The notes under the pieces: model-generated
Database searches by the model: none
Seen by the model: only the letters and a program-made list of their open reading frames with translations
What the model was told of the DNA's origin: nothing
Part shown: positions 9,440-17,751 of the stretch, piece by piece
Position numbering within the stretch: the first letter of the stretch is position 1
Layout: each line of letters begins with the position of its first letter
DNA from: Nitrospirales bacterium
Lineage (GTDB): Bacteria > Nitrospirota > Nitrospiria > Nitrospirales > UBA8639
DNA length: 64,000 nucleotides
Assembly (NCBI GenBank): GCA_029261275.1
Contig: JAJDBR010000109.1
Location: forward strand, 2,627 to 66,626
Direction: 5' to 3'
Program-made: the position numbers and the translations under genes

Positions 9440-11902
9440 ATGAATATGGCCACCACCAGTGAAACCCCTATTAAAGGCAAAAGAGGTCTCACGAAAAAAT
9501 TAGTTCTGTCAATGTTACTTGTGGGCACCCTCCCTCTGCTCATTGGGCTCCTCCTCGCTTTTTACCAGGGAACTCAAAGCATTCAGGAAGTGAACGGAGC
9601 AAGCTTTCAGGCTCTGGCGACAGAAACCGCAAGGAAATTGGATTTCGTGGTTAGCGATGAATTGGCTCAGACCAGACTTCTGACTACAAATCCCGACTTG
9701 ATTCAATTGCTAGAAAAACAACGCGATGCCCTAAGTGAAGTCAGCCAAACAGACCTTGCTCTATTGCTTCAAGAAGAACAAAAAACATGGATGGCCAGAA
9801 ACCCCGACCTGGTCCAACGCATTACTCAGGGGCCCATTGTCCAACCGCTTCGAGAACAGGTAGGGGGAACGTTTGTCGATCCATCGCAACCTATCCCTCT
9901 TATCACCCGATCAGCTACACGCGGATTGTACATTACCGATACCGTCGGCCGTCTCATTGCCAGCGTAGACACCAATCCCTCCTATCTGCATGCCCAAGAA
10001 AAATGGTGGAAAGGCGCCTTTCATAATGGAATAGGCCAACCCTATATCGGCAAAATTGGCTTCAATAAAGGCCTCGGGACCTACACGTTCACACTCGCCC
10101 TTCCGATTATGGATAGCTTGCAGTATAAAACCATCGGTGTGCTTCGCCGAATTTATGATGTAAAAGAGTTCTTCTCGCCTTCTATCGACATTATCCGATT
10201 TGGTAAAACAGGGCATGTCATGCTGATTGATAGCCGTGGGGTAGTGTTAACCTGTCCCATTCTCCCTACGGGAGTGTCCTTAAGTGACAATGAACTTATT
10301 CCCCTTGTCACTCCGATGAAAGCCGGGTGGACATCCGCCCAAACCGACGGGCACGGTGGCCAGGAAACCTCTATTATCGGATATGCCCCCCTGCCAAGCA
10401 TCAGTAGCATCACTCAAGATTCGAATGAACTCGCATGGCATATGTTTGTGTGGCAGTCATCAGAAGAATTATTTGGTCCCATTCAAAACTTTTCTAAATG
10501 GATCACGGGCTTCGGTCTCTTAGGGGTAGGGTTACTAGTCACCTTGGGATACCTAGCGGCCCATCGTATTTCCTCACCAATTCGCCGTCTCCAAGAAGCG
10601 ACTCGCCAGATTGGCCGTGGGGAATTTCATGAACCCATCACCATCAACACAGGGGATGAAATCGAAGAGCTGGCCGAGGAAATTAATCGCATGAAAGAGC
10701 AAATAGAATCAACCGTGACCGGCCTGGAAAGTCAAGTCGAAACAAAATCTCAGGAGGTCAAATACCTCCAAGAATCCACGTCAAAAATTTTAGATGGGGT
10801 GCCTGATCCCGTGATCATGATCGACGCTCAGAAACAGATTGAATACCTTAATCAAGCAACAAGAGAGATGTTGAACTTCAATAATGGCCAAGTGATAGGG
10901 ACTCCATTATTTCAATTGCTTCGGGTGGATCCAACAACACAGAAACGATTACACGATGAAATTCAAAACGTTCAAGCAACGCTTTTGACCACCTCTTCCT
11001 TCCCCAGTCATATTCCGACATCCATCCGTGACCCTTTGGTAGCCACTCACCTGGAGGACTCCCATAGTGATCGTCAAGAACTTCGCCTGAACAATCGGAT
11101 CTATCGGTACCGATGGTTTGCCGTACAAACTGCACCTGATAAAGAGCCATCTGCGGGACTTGTCCTACGAGATTTGACGGAAGAAAGCCTGCTGCAGGAC
11201 AAAATCATTCAGGGGGAAAAAATAGCAAGCCTGGGAGTTCTCAGTGCCGGAATCGGGCATGAACTGAATAACCCGTTGGTCGGGGTTATTGGCTTGGGTG
11301 AAGCCATTCAGGACGAGGCCGAATCCGAAAAAATCAAGGAATACGCGAAAGGCATTATCCAACATGGAAAACGGATGGCATCAGTAGTTCGGGACTTTAC
11401 GGGTCAGATGACCACCCAATTTTTGGATACACAAACTCGCGTCAATATCAATGAGCAATTAGAAAAGGTCCTGTCTGCCACAACAGTCCTATTCACATCC
11501 AGTCATATCACTGTCAATACTCAGTTTGAACCGTTGCCCCCTGTGCAAGCCCAACCTAATGAACTGGGGCAAGCTTTCACCAACATTATCAACAATAGCT
11601 TGCAAGCCATGGAGGAAGGTGGAATGTTGGAAGTCAGCACCGGAATCAAGGACCACGCAATACAGATCGTCATTAAAGACTCAGGAACTGGAATTACCCC
11701 CTCACACTTATCCAAAGTCTTTGATCCTTTTTTCACGACTAAAAGCCAGGGAGAGGGAGCTGGACTGGGCTTAACCATTGCCCATCGCCTGATCACCAAA
11801 GTAGGCGGACAGATGCGTCTGGAAAGTGAAAAGAACCAAGGAACGACTTGTCATATTATTTTCCCTCTTCCATCACCCCAACCTGACACCAAAAAGGAAT
11901 AA
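9440..11902 (+). CDS. Membrane sensor histidine kinase: dCache-like periplasmic domain, HAMP, PAS, HisKA, HATPase
   Basis: Two TM helices, HAMP (ISSPIRRLQ...GDEIEELA), PAS (LDGVPDPVIMID), GHELNNP, FFTTK, GAGLGL. Confidence 0.93.
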   Translation: MNMATTSETPIKGKRGLTKKLVLSMLLVGTLPLLIGLLLAFYQGTQSIQEVNGASFQALATETARKLDFVVSDELAQTRLLTTNPDLIQLLEKQRDALSEVSQTDLALLLQEEQKTWMARNPDLVQRITQGPIVQPLREQVGGTFVDPSQPIPLITRSATRGLYITDTVGRLIASVDTNPSYLHAQEKWWKGAFHNGIGQPYIGKIGFNKGLGTYTFTLALPIMDSLQYKTIGVLRRIYDVKEFFSPSIDIIRFGKTGHVMLIDSRGVVLTCPILPTGVSLSDNELIPLVTPMKAGWTSAQTDGHGGQETSIIGYAPLPSISSITQDSNELAWHMFVWQSSEELFGPIQNFSKWITGFGLLGVGLLVTLGYLAAHRISSPIRRLQEATRQIGRGEFHEPITINTGDEIEELAEEINRMKEQIESTVTGLESQVETKSQEVKYLQESTSKILDGVPDPVIMIDAQKQIEYLNQATREMLNFNNGQVIGTPLFQLLRVDPTTQKRLHDEIQNVQATLLTTSSFPSHIPTSIRDPLVATHLEDSHSDRQELRLNNRIYRYRWFAVQTAPDKEPSAGLVLRDLTEESLLQDKIIQGEKIASLGVLSAGIGHELNNPLVGVIGLGEAIQDEAESEKIKEYAKGIIQHGKRMASVVRDFTGQMTTQFLDTQTRVNINEQLEKVLSATTVLFTSSHITVNTQFEPLPPVQAQPNELGQAFTNIINNSLQAMEEGGMLEVSTGIKDHAIQIVIKDSGTGITPSHLSKVFDPFFTTKSQGEGAGLGLTIAHRLITKVGGQMRLESEKNQGTTCHIIFPLPSPQPDTKKE

Positions 11903-11908
11903 TCCACC

Positions 11909-12511
11909 ATGGAGAGAAAACGGACAAGCCCTCTGGCTCAGGTCAAGACGTTCACATTTGTGACAATTCTACTGGTCAGTTCCAGCCTGTCACTTGAAGC
12001 CGCAAGTAAGATTCCTAGCCAAGGGATTGCTCCCGCCACCGTCTCGGACTATTTGGTTGGCATTATCAAGGCGGACCGACAAGTCTATACGACCCATATC
12101 GTCAAACGAATGCAGGATCAAGGCATCGTACTGGCACAAGAGGACTGGAAAGATAAAAATGCTATTCCCCTACCCGCACAGTTCCTCCACTATTCCAGCA
12201 AAATTGTTGCAGAATCAGGAGTCGGCATTCGATTCCGACTAATCAGCCTTTGGCCTATTTATCGAAAAAATGGTCCTGCCACTCCATTTGAGCGTAAAGG
12301 ATTAGAACAGCTCATCAAGAATCCCAATGTCCCACAACGAGGTAAAGTGGCCACTGGGAAAATGAAATTCTTCCAGTCTATCTATGCGGATAACGCCACA
12401 TCACAAGCTTGTGTCACTTGCCACAATACGCACCCTTTAAGTCCAAAACGGGATTTCAAAGTAGGGGATGTCATGGGAGCAATTGTGATTACCATTCCTT
12501 TGGAAAAGTAA
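11909..12511 (+). CDS. Exported monoheme c-type protein, DUF3365 / Tll0287-like
   Basis: Signal peptide, single CxxCH (CVTCH) near C-terminus, RLISLWPI..KNGP...FE and GDVMGAIVITIP family motifs. Confidence 0.88.
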   Translation: MERKRTSPLAQVKTFTFVTILLVSSSLSLEAASKIPSQGIAPATVSDYLVGIIKADRQVYTTHIVKRMQDQGIVLAQEDWKDKNAIPLPAQFLHYSSKIVAESGVGIRFRLISLWPIYRKNGPATPFERKGLEQLIKNPNVPQRGKVATGKMKFFQSIYADNATSQACVTCHNTHPLSPKRDFKVGDVMGAIVITIPLEK

Positions 12512-12637
12512 CGCGCAAGGGTAGACACGCGCCCAACAAGCGCCGCGATCCCGTACCCTAGAAAAACACTTCGTTGACAATCTTCTCAGTGTCCGTACTA
12601 GACAATCCCCTTCCTTCTCATGGTTATTCGCTGTCCG

Positions 12638-12785
12638 TTGTGCTGGAGAGTCCCGGAAAATATACCGTTATCCCCTGAGTTCCACCTTGAACGTGTAGGC
12701 CTTATGGTTGCCAACAACGGTGGCGCCCTTCGGGACTCGCCAAGCAACAAGCTCGCTTGCCGGAATGAAACCCGGTTTCTTTCGC
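12638..12785 (+). ncRNA. Candidate structured RNA element (unclassified); strand uncertain
   Basis: 10-bp stem 12648-57/12729-38 with outer and inner helices, an alternative C(UUCG)G hairpin, a terminator-like hairpin plus T-tract at 12759-12783, and TTGACA at 12574; lies between convergent genes. Confidence 0.35.
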
Positions 12786-13050
12786 ACAAGTCCATAACTT
12801 TCCATTTACGTCATTAAACTAGACACAGGCCATGCCCCTCGACGAACTCAGAAGCCTTTTAGAACACCTATCGTCATTGAGTGGGAATTATTACCTGGGG
12901 TATGCAAAAAGGTTCCCGCCTCATACTACGAAAATGACGGGAAGGAAGGAAGGAAGAAGGAAGAGATATGTCTTAACAACATTTGAACGATTCTTTGCAC
13001 CACTAGGCTGTGATCTCTGCGAAAAAGAAAGAATGTCATTTCAAGAAGTG

Positions 13051-13074
13051 CCCCCCGCCGAATCCGGCGGGAGA
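13051..13074 (-). terminator. GC-rich hairpin downstream of the YceI gene
   Basis: CCCGCCG/CGGCGGG stem, 4-nt loop, about 85 nt past the YceI stop; weak T tail. Confidence 0.55.
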
Positions 13075-13158
13075 GCCCTCTATGAAGAGTGGAAGACAGA
13101 GATAGGAAATAGTAGGAAAAGTCTTATCACTTCTCTCGGTTCGGGAAAAAAACCAACG

Positions 13159-13806
13159 TCAATGCTTCACCTTTTCGATTTTCTTTTCTTTGATGACTTC
13201 AATCTCCAACTGAAGCTTGACATCATCACCCACCATCAATCCCCCATTATCCAACAATTTACTAAATTTCATCCCAAAGTCTTTGCGATTCAACGTACCT
13301 TCGGCAGTGAACCCGGCTCGTGTATTCCCCCACGGATCTTGAGCCACTCCGTTAAACGTTCCAACTAATGTGAGTTCCTTGGTGATGCCTAGCAATGTAA
13401 AATCACCAATCGCCGTATATTGATCACCAGACTTAGTATAGTTTTTCATTTTATAGGTCATCGTTGGAAATGTTTTCACATCAAAAAAGTCAGCACTCCT
13501 CAAGTGATCGTCTCGTTTTTGATGATCCGTCGTCACTGAGGCCGTTTGAATCACGGCTTCAAATGTTTTAAATTCCTGCTTCTCAACATCCATTTCCACT
13601 GTACCGGAATACTCGGTAAATTTACCTTTGGTTTTGGACACCACCATGTGGACGGCCTCAAAACTAAGAGTCGTATGATCTTTGTCTAAATTCCATTTGG
13701 ACATTTCGGCGACAGCGATAGCTCCCACACCCAGGCCCAAACAACACACGACGCCAATAAACATGAACCATTTCATCATTCTCATTACGTCACCTCCTAT
13801 GATCAA
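13159..13806 (-). CDS. YceI-family polyisoprenoid-binding periplasmic protein
   Basis: Signal peptide; W.LDKDHT, RDDHLRSADFFD..FP, GFTAEGTLNRKDFG, GDDVKL. True start may be 13782 or 13776. Confidence 0.93.
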   Translation of the reverse strand: MIIGGDVMRMMKWFMFIGVVCCLGLGVGAIAVAEMSKWNLDKDHTTLSFEAVHMVVSKTKGKFTEYSGTVEMDVEKQEFKTFEAVIQTASVTTDHQKRDDHLRSADFFDVKTFPTMTYKMKNYTKSGDQYTAIGDFTLLGITKELTLVGTFNGVAQDPWGNTRAGFTAEGTLNRKDFGMKFSKLLDNGGLMVGDDVKLQLEIEVIKEKKIEKVKH

Positions 13807-13822
13807 TAAGAAAGCAGCAGAC

Positions 13823-14452
13823 TCATGCCACCTTTTCGAAAAATTTGTCTATCGATGAGACTAGAGTCCTAGCATCTTGATACCCATGCATGAGCATGGA
13901 TACCGACTGTCCATGCTGACCCACCAAAGTTGGAAAACCATCCACACCTAATTGCCGCGCTCGATCGAATTCGTCCCAAACCCCTTGTTTCGTCAGTGGA
14001 TCTTGAAAGGTTTGACCAAACAAGGATCTATCTATTCCCAGCTTCCCAACCACCTCTTCCAAGATCTGGGGATCGGTGACATCTACATTCCCCATATAAA
14101 ACGCCTCTTGAACCTTTTTTAAATATTCCCATTCTTTTCCTGGCATCAATTTCCGAGTCACTACTATTGCCCGTGAAGCCGGTTCTGTGTCATATGTAAA
14201 TGTGGGTCCCATCTGAAAGTCGAAGTTAAACGGCTGATGCGTTCGTTCATGAACCGCCTTCCAATGTTGTAAAATATTCGCACGTCGAGATTCATCAAAT
14301 CGTTCGGTATTGCCTGGACGCAGTCCCCCCAACAGTAATTGAAACGTCACTCGATTCTCATACAGCCGTGTGATCTCTTCAAGCACCGGCGCAAAGCCCC
14401 AGCACCAGGAACACATAGGATCCGCAACATAAATTAGAGTAGGTGCTGTCAT
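13823..14452 (-). CDS. DsbA-family (thioredoxin-fold) cytoplasmic protein
   Basis: YVADPMCSWCWGF (CxxC) and cis-Pro loop GVDGFPTL; no signal peptide. Confidence 0.9.
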   Translation of the reverse strand: MTAPTLIYVADPMCSWCWGFAPVLEEITRLYENRVTFQLLLGGLRPGNTERFDESRRANILQHWKAVHERTHQPFNFDFQMGPTFTYDTEPASRAIVVTRKLMPGKEWEYLKKVQEAFYMGNVDVTDPQILEEVVGKLGIDRSLFGQTFQDPLTKQGVWDEFDRARQLGVDGFPTLVGQHGQSVSMLMHGYQDARTLVSSIDKFFEKVA

Positions 14453-14509
14453 CCTAGATTTTCCACGGACCCATCACCCCAACCAACTGAGCATGCCGAG
14501 CGACAAACT

Positions 14510-15109
14510 TTACCATACACGGAACACTTGCCCATTCAGTCGTCCTTCCACACTTTTACTATAGGCCTTAGCCACTTTCCATCCTGGCACAGGAACATGT
14601 CCTAGGAAAAATGCACCGATCCGTTCCATAGATTCCTCCAACACACCTGGGCTCACGGCATTAATCCGTAGACCGCGAGGCATCTCAATAGATGCACCCA
14701 AGACAAAACCCTCCACAGCAGCGTTAATGGGCGTCACAGCCGCTCCGCCAGGGATAGGATCCTGACTTAAGATTCCGCTCGTCAGGGTAAAAGATCCGCC
14801 ATCATTCATGAAATCTCTCCCTAAAATGACTAAATTGACCTGCCCCAAAAATTAACTGGCCAAGCCAATGTCAAATTCTTTTTGAGTGAGCGTATCCAAC
14901 GGACCGAAATGTGCATTGCCTACAGTAGCGACGATCGCGTCGGCCTTCCCAATAGTTTGGTACATTTAACGAATAGAATCGATGGAGGTCATATCCACCT
15001 GAACATCGCCTCGACTGCTACCGACTTTGACAATGTCATGTCTCGCACCTAATTCTTTCGTCACGAGACTCCCAATAGTTCCTGTGGCGCCTATTACAAT
15101 AACTTTCAT
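14510..15109 (-). pseudogene. Short-chain dehydrogenase (about 199 aa family) interrupted by two in-frame TAA stops
   Basis: MKVIVIGATGTIG... stays in one frame to ...GQVFRVW*, with TAA at codon 48 (14966-14968) and codon 86 (14852-14854); ATGA overlap with marR. Confidence 0.88.
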
Positions 15110-15564
15110 ACAGATGACTCCTGACGGCAACTCTCGCGTAATCGAATTAACATATCCTGCATGACGATTATTTCTTGCTTCGTGAGGACATTCTCAAAAT
15201 AGGGACGCATCAAATTCGCCTGTGCCGGAAATACTTTGCGATAAAGAACCTCGCCTTTTCGAGTCAAGCAAATATTGGTAGCTCGCCGGTCATATGGCAC
15301 CGCCTGCCGCACAATCAATCCTTTCGCCACCAAGCGATCAAGAATTCCCGTCAGACTGGCCTTAGCCAACAATGTCGATTGGGACAATTCCCTACAAGTC
15401 ATCCCTGGAGTCCCCCCGAGCTCAGCAATCACATCAAATTGGGGAGGCGTTAGACCCATGGAACGAATATGCCGATCTCCCATTTGAAAAATCGCTTGAT
15501 AGGCCTCCACTAATGGACGAAGAATTTTCAAATAGGGGTCATCTTTCAGGTCAAAGATTTTCAT
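15106..15564 (-). CDS. MarR-family transcriptional regulator (paralog 1)
   Basis: GLTPPQFDVI, LTGILDRLVAKGLI, DRRAT..CLTRKG winged-helix motifs. Confidence 0.92.
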   Translation of the reverse strand: MKIFDLKDDPYLKILRPLVEAYQAIFQMGDRHIRSMGLTPPQFDVIAELGGTPGMTCRELSQSTLLAKASLTGILDRLVAKGLIVRQAVPYDRRATNICLTRKGEVLYRKVFPAQANLMRPYFENVLTKQEIIVMQDMLIRLRESCRQESSV

Positions 15565-15575
15565 TTGTTTTTGTA

Positions 15576-15604
15576 TATATAGTTTATATTAAAACTATTG
15601 TCAA
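15576..15604 (-). promoter_or_regulatory. Sigma70-type promoter with palindromic operator in the spacer
   Basis: TTGACA (15604-15599), 17 nt, TATATA (15581-15576); palindrome ATAGTTT-N6-AAACTAT at 15579-15598. Confidence 0.65.
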
Positions 15605-15756
15605 TTAGGCAAACCCACAATCTTCCTCATTTCAAATCTAGGAGTTAATGGGGACTTGCGAATTGTTAGTAGGAGTCAGCGAATCTCAGGAAACCAGGCA
15701 GGAGAGAGAAGAATAGTACCGTTGCATCTTTCCAATGGATAAAGCTCATTATCCCC

Positions 15757-16083
15757 TCACACTGACTTCCAAAACACCGCAAGCCAAATGGTATCTTTGT
15801 TCGGCTCCGTCCAGGCGACACGATGTTTCTTGTGAGCTGGTAATGTATAGGTATCTCCCGGATTTAACGTAACCGGCTGCTCTAGGCCTTCTATTTGAAG
15901 TTTCGCTTTCCCGGCGAGGACAACAACCCACTCATGTTCATCTTGGTCGTACCAAAAACCCGTCGGTGAAACATGCCCACGAGAAACAATGCGTTTCAAG
16001 CGAAAAGAGTCTTGTTCTATCAATTTCTCCACCAATTCTTGATTGAGTCCTTCAGGAATCCCGTGAAAAATATTCTTGGGCAT
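15757..16083 (-). CDS. Cupin-domain protein
   Basis: RIVSRGH.SP.GFWYDQDEHEWVVVLAGKA, IPAH-like LPAHKKHRVAWT, TIWLAVF; likely start ATG 16083. Confidence 0.88.
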   Translation of the reverse strand: MPKNIFHGIPEGLNQELVEKLIEQDSFRLKRIVSRGHVSPTGFWYDQDEHEWVVVLAGKAKLQIEGLEQPVTLNPGDTYTLPAHKKHRVAWTEPNKDTIWLAVFWKSV

Positions 16084-16100
16084 ATGATCGATCACTTTCT

Positions 16101-16649
16101 TTACCGTACGCCTTCCCGTTGATAACATTGCAGCGCATCTAGAAATTTCTGGTTTGCAAGGTTTGCGGCGATGGAAACAAGGTATTGATCCATTGCATGA
16201 CAATACGCCCCTTCTTTCCCATGCCAACAGGGCTTAAGTTCTTGTGAAGAATCAGAAAGCCCTTCTCTCGCCACTTTTTCTGCATGACTGCGCTTTTGTT
16301 CTTGTCTGGCAATCTCTCGTTTGAGAAATACGATTTGTTGAGCAAGCCCATCCGCTTGTGCAATCGCTTGTGGAATCGAGGCGTGAAGTGAAGCCAAAAC
16401 CGTGTTTCTGAACGAGGCGGATTTGATAAATTGTAACGCTTTTTCCATCTGTGGCTGGAGGGAGGAGAGATCCGTCGGACAGTGTTTCGCAGCCGATGTT
16501 ATAACTGTTGCTTGGGTATTGGATAAAGAGGATTCTTCTGCAAAAGCATTCCTCACCTCACCCACACTTCCATACAACAACACAACAGTGATTCCAATAG
16601 CGCTATTGAAACTCTGAAAAATCATATTCACGGTAGACCCCTCTAGCAA
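16101..16649 (-). CDS. Hypothetical secreted helical protein with four Cys
   Basis: Signal-like N-terminus (...RNAFA), helical body, four Cys; operon-like spacing with neighbours. Confidence 0.6.
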   Translation of the reverse strand: MLEGSTVNMIFQSFNSAIGITVVLLYGSVGEVRNAFAEESSLSNTQATVITSAAKHCPTDLSSLQPQMEKALQFIKSASFRNTVLASLHASIPQAIAQADGLAQQIVFLKREIARQEQKRSHAEKVAREGLSDSSQELKPCWHGKEGAYCHAMDQYLVSIAANLANQKFLDALQCYQREGVR

Positions 16650-16696
16650 TCACCTAGATGGTGTCATGTCTCAAGTCCAAAAGCTCCAAACAGAGG

Positions 16697-17656
16697 CTAC
16701 ATAATAAGTTCTGCGAACCCATACGCCGCATAATCTTTCCCATTATAATGCACAATGCCATGAACGATTCCCATTCCAAAACCTCCAATGATCCAATTGC
16801 CCATCGCCTTGAATTCTTGAACCTCTAATTGAGCCCGACCTGCTCCAGATTCGTTGACCCAATTCAGACCCCATGCACTTGGCCATCGATACAATCCCCA
16901 TGCTTGGTTATGATCAAAAAGCGTGACCTGCAATACTTGCAGTGGTTTGGTTTCCCCCTGCACTGCCAAAAATCCACTCACCGTTCCGACCAGGGGCGCC
17001 ATCATGTCACTTTCCTGCGAATGCACATAAAGATCGCCTAACCCTTCAATGACCAGATAGAGCCCTTGGAAATGTTTCCACAAACCCCAATACGTTCTAG
17101 AGAGGCGATTAAACTCTGGCATCATGAAATATTCATAGATCACCCGCCCCTTTAACGTTCGACCGTTCCACTGCAATTCGGCCGCGGCCGACCCTAACCA
17201 ATATCGACCACCTTCATGTTCACGAGCCAGACGAATCGGGATCGGCTGAATCGTCAGGGTCAGATTATTGAGATGACTATTGATTGACATCCCTTTTTGA
17301 GGGAGGCCATCAATTTCAAAAAAAGTGGAGGGCGGAATGGTTTGTAATTCATGAGTAGCGTTTTCATATGATCCAGAACCCTGTAGTGAAATCCACCCTT
17401 CATGCTCATCATGCAGTACGACAAAATGTTCGGCTTGCCAAGATTGGGCATCTTGCCCACGATTATTGTCTAGGGCGAATGCCACACGACCATGGGAATC
17501 TTTACCCACAAACGACACGTAATCCGAAACGTATAGAAGAGAGGTATCAGGAAGGGAAGGCTTAAGGGGAGAGGTCTCAAGCCCCAGGCCTAGACTTGGG
17601 AATATGCCCCAATGAAGCGCAAACAGAATAGCGAGGGATAGACCACAGCGAACCAA
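16697..17656 (-). CDS. Hypothetical secreted beta-rich protein (possibly AttH/CrtC-like lipocalin fold)
   Basis: Signal peptide; Trp/Tyr/Gly-rich alternating strands. Fold assignment is inference only. Confidence 0.6.
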   Translation of the reverse strand: MVRCGLSLAILFALHWGIFPSLGLGLETSPLKPSLPDTSLLYVSDYVSFVGKDSHGRVAFALDNNRGQDAQSWQAEHFVVLHDEHEGWISLQGSGSYENATHELQTIPPSTFFEIDGLPQKGMSINSHLNNLTLTIQPIPIRLAREHEGGRYWLGSAAAELQWNGRTLKGRVIYEYFMMPEFNRLSRTYWGLWKHFQGLYLVIEGLGDLYVHSQESDMMAPLVGTVSGFLAVQGETKPLQVLQVTLFDHNQAWGLYRWPSAWGLNWVNESGAGRAQLEVQEFKAMGNWIIGGFGMGIVHGIVHYNGKDYAAYGFAELIM

Positions 17657-17751
17657 AAGTTTTTCCAGAAATTTCCCCTATGTACGGATAGAGTACCGCA
17701 CGAGGATCGTGAACATACCTTCAATGAAAAGAAAAACTCATATTGTGATGA

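Noticed and set aside
12670-12740. 6S RNA (ssrS)
   Set aside because: 6S-like words are present, but the roughly 90-nt central bubble and apical stem are absent, and the usual zapA / 5-FTHF cyclo-ligase context is missing. Kept only as an unclassified RNA candidate.
12832-13368. 178-aa plus-strand ORF
   Set aside because: Overlaps yceI antisense by over 200 nt, runs through the yceI terminator and a GGAA microsatellite (about 12940-12961), and has no SD or family motif.
14510-15109. Stop-codon reassignment (TAA as sense)
   Set aside because: Many intact genes in the window end in TAA (dodecin, REC, kinase, ccp, metG) with no long readthrough frames.
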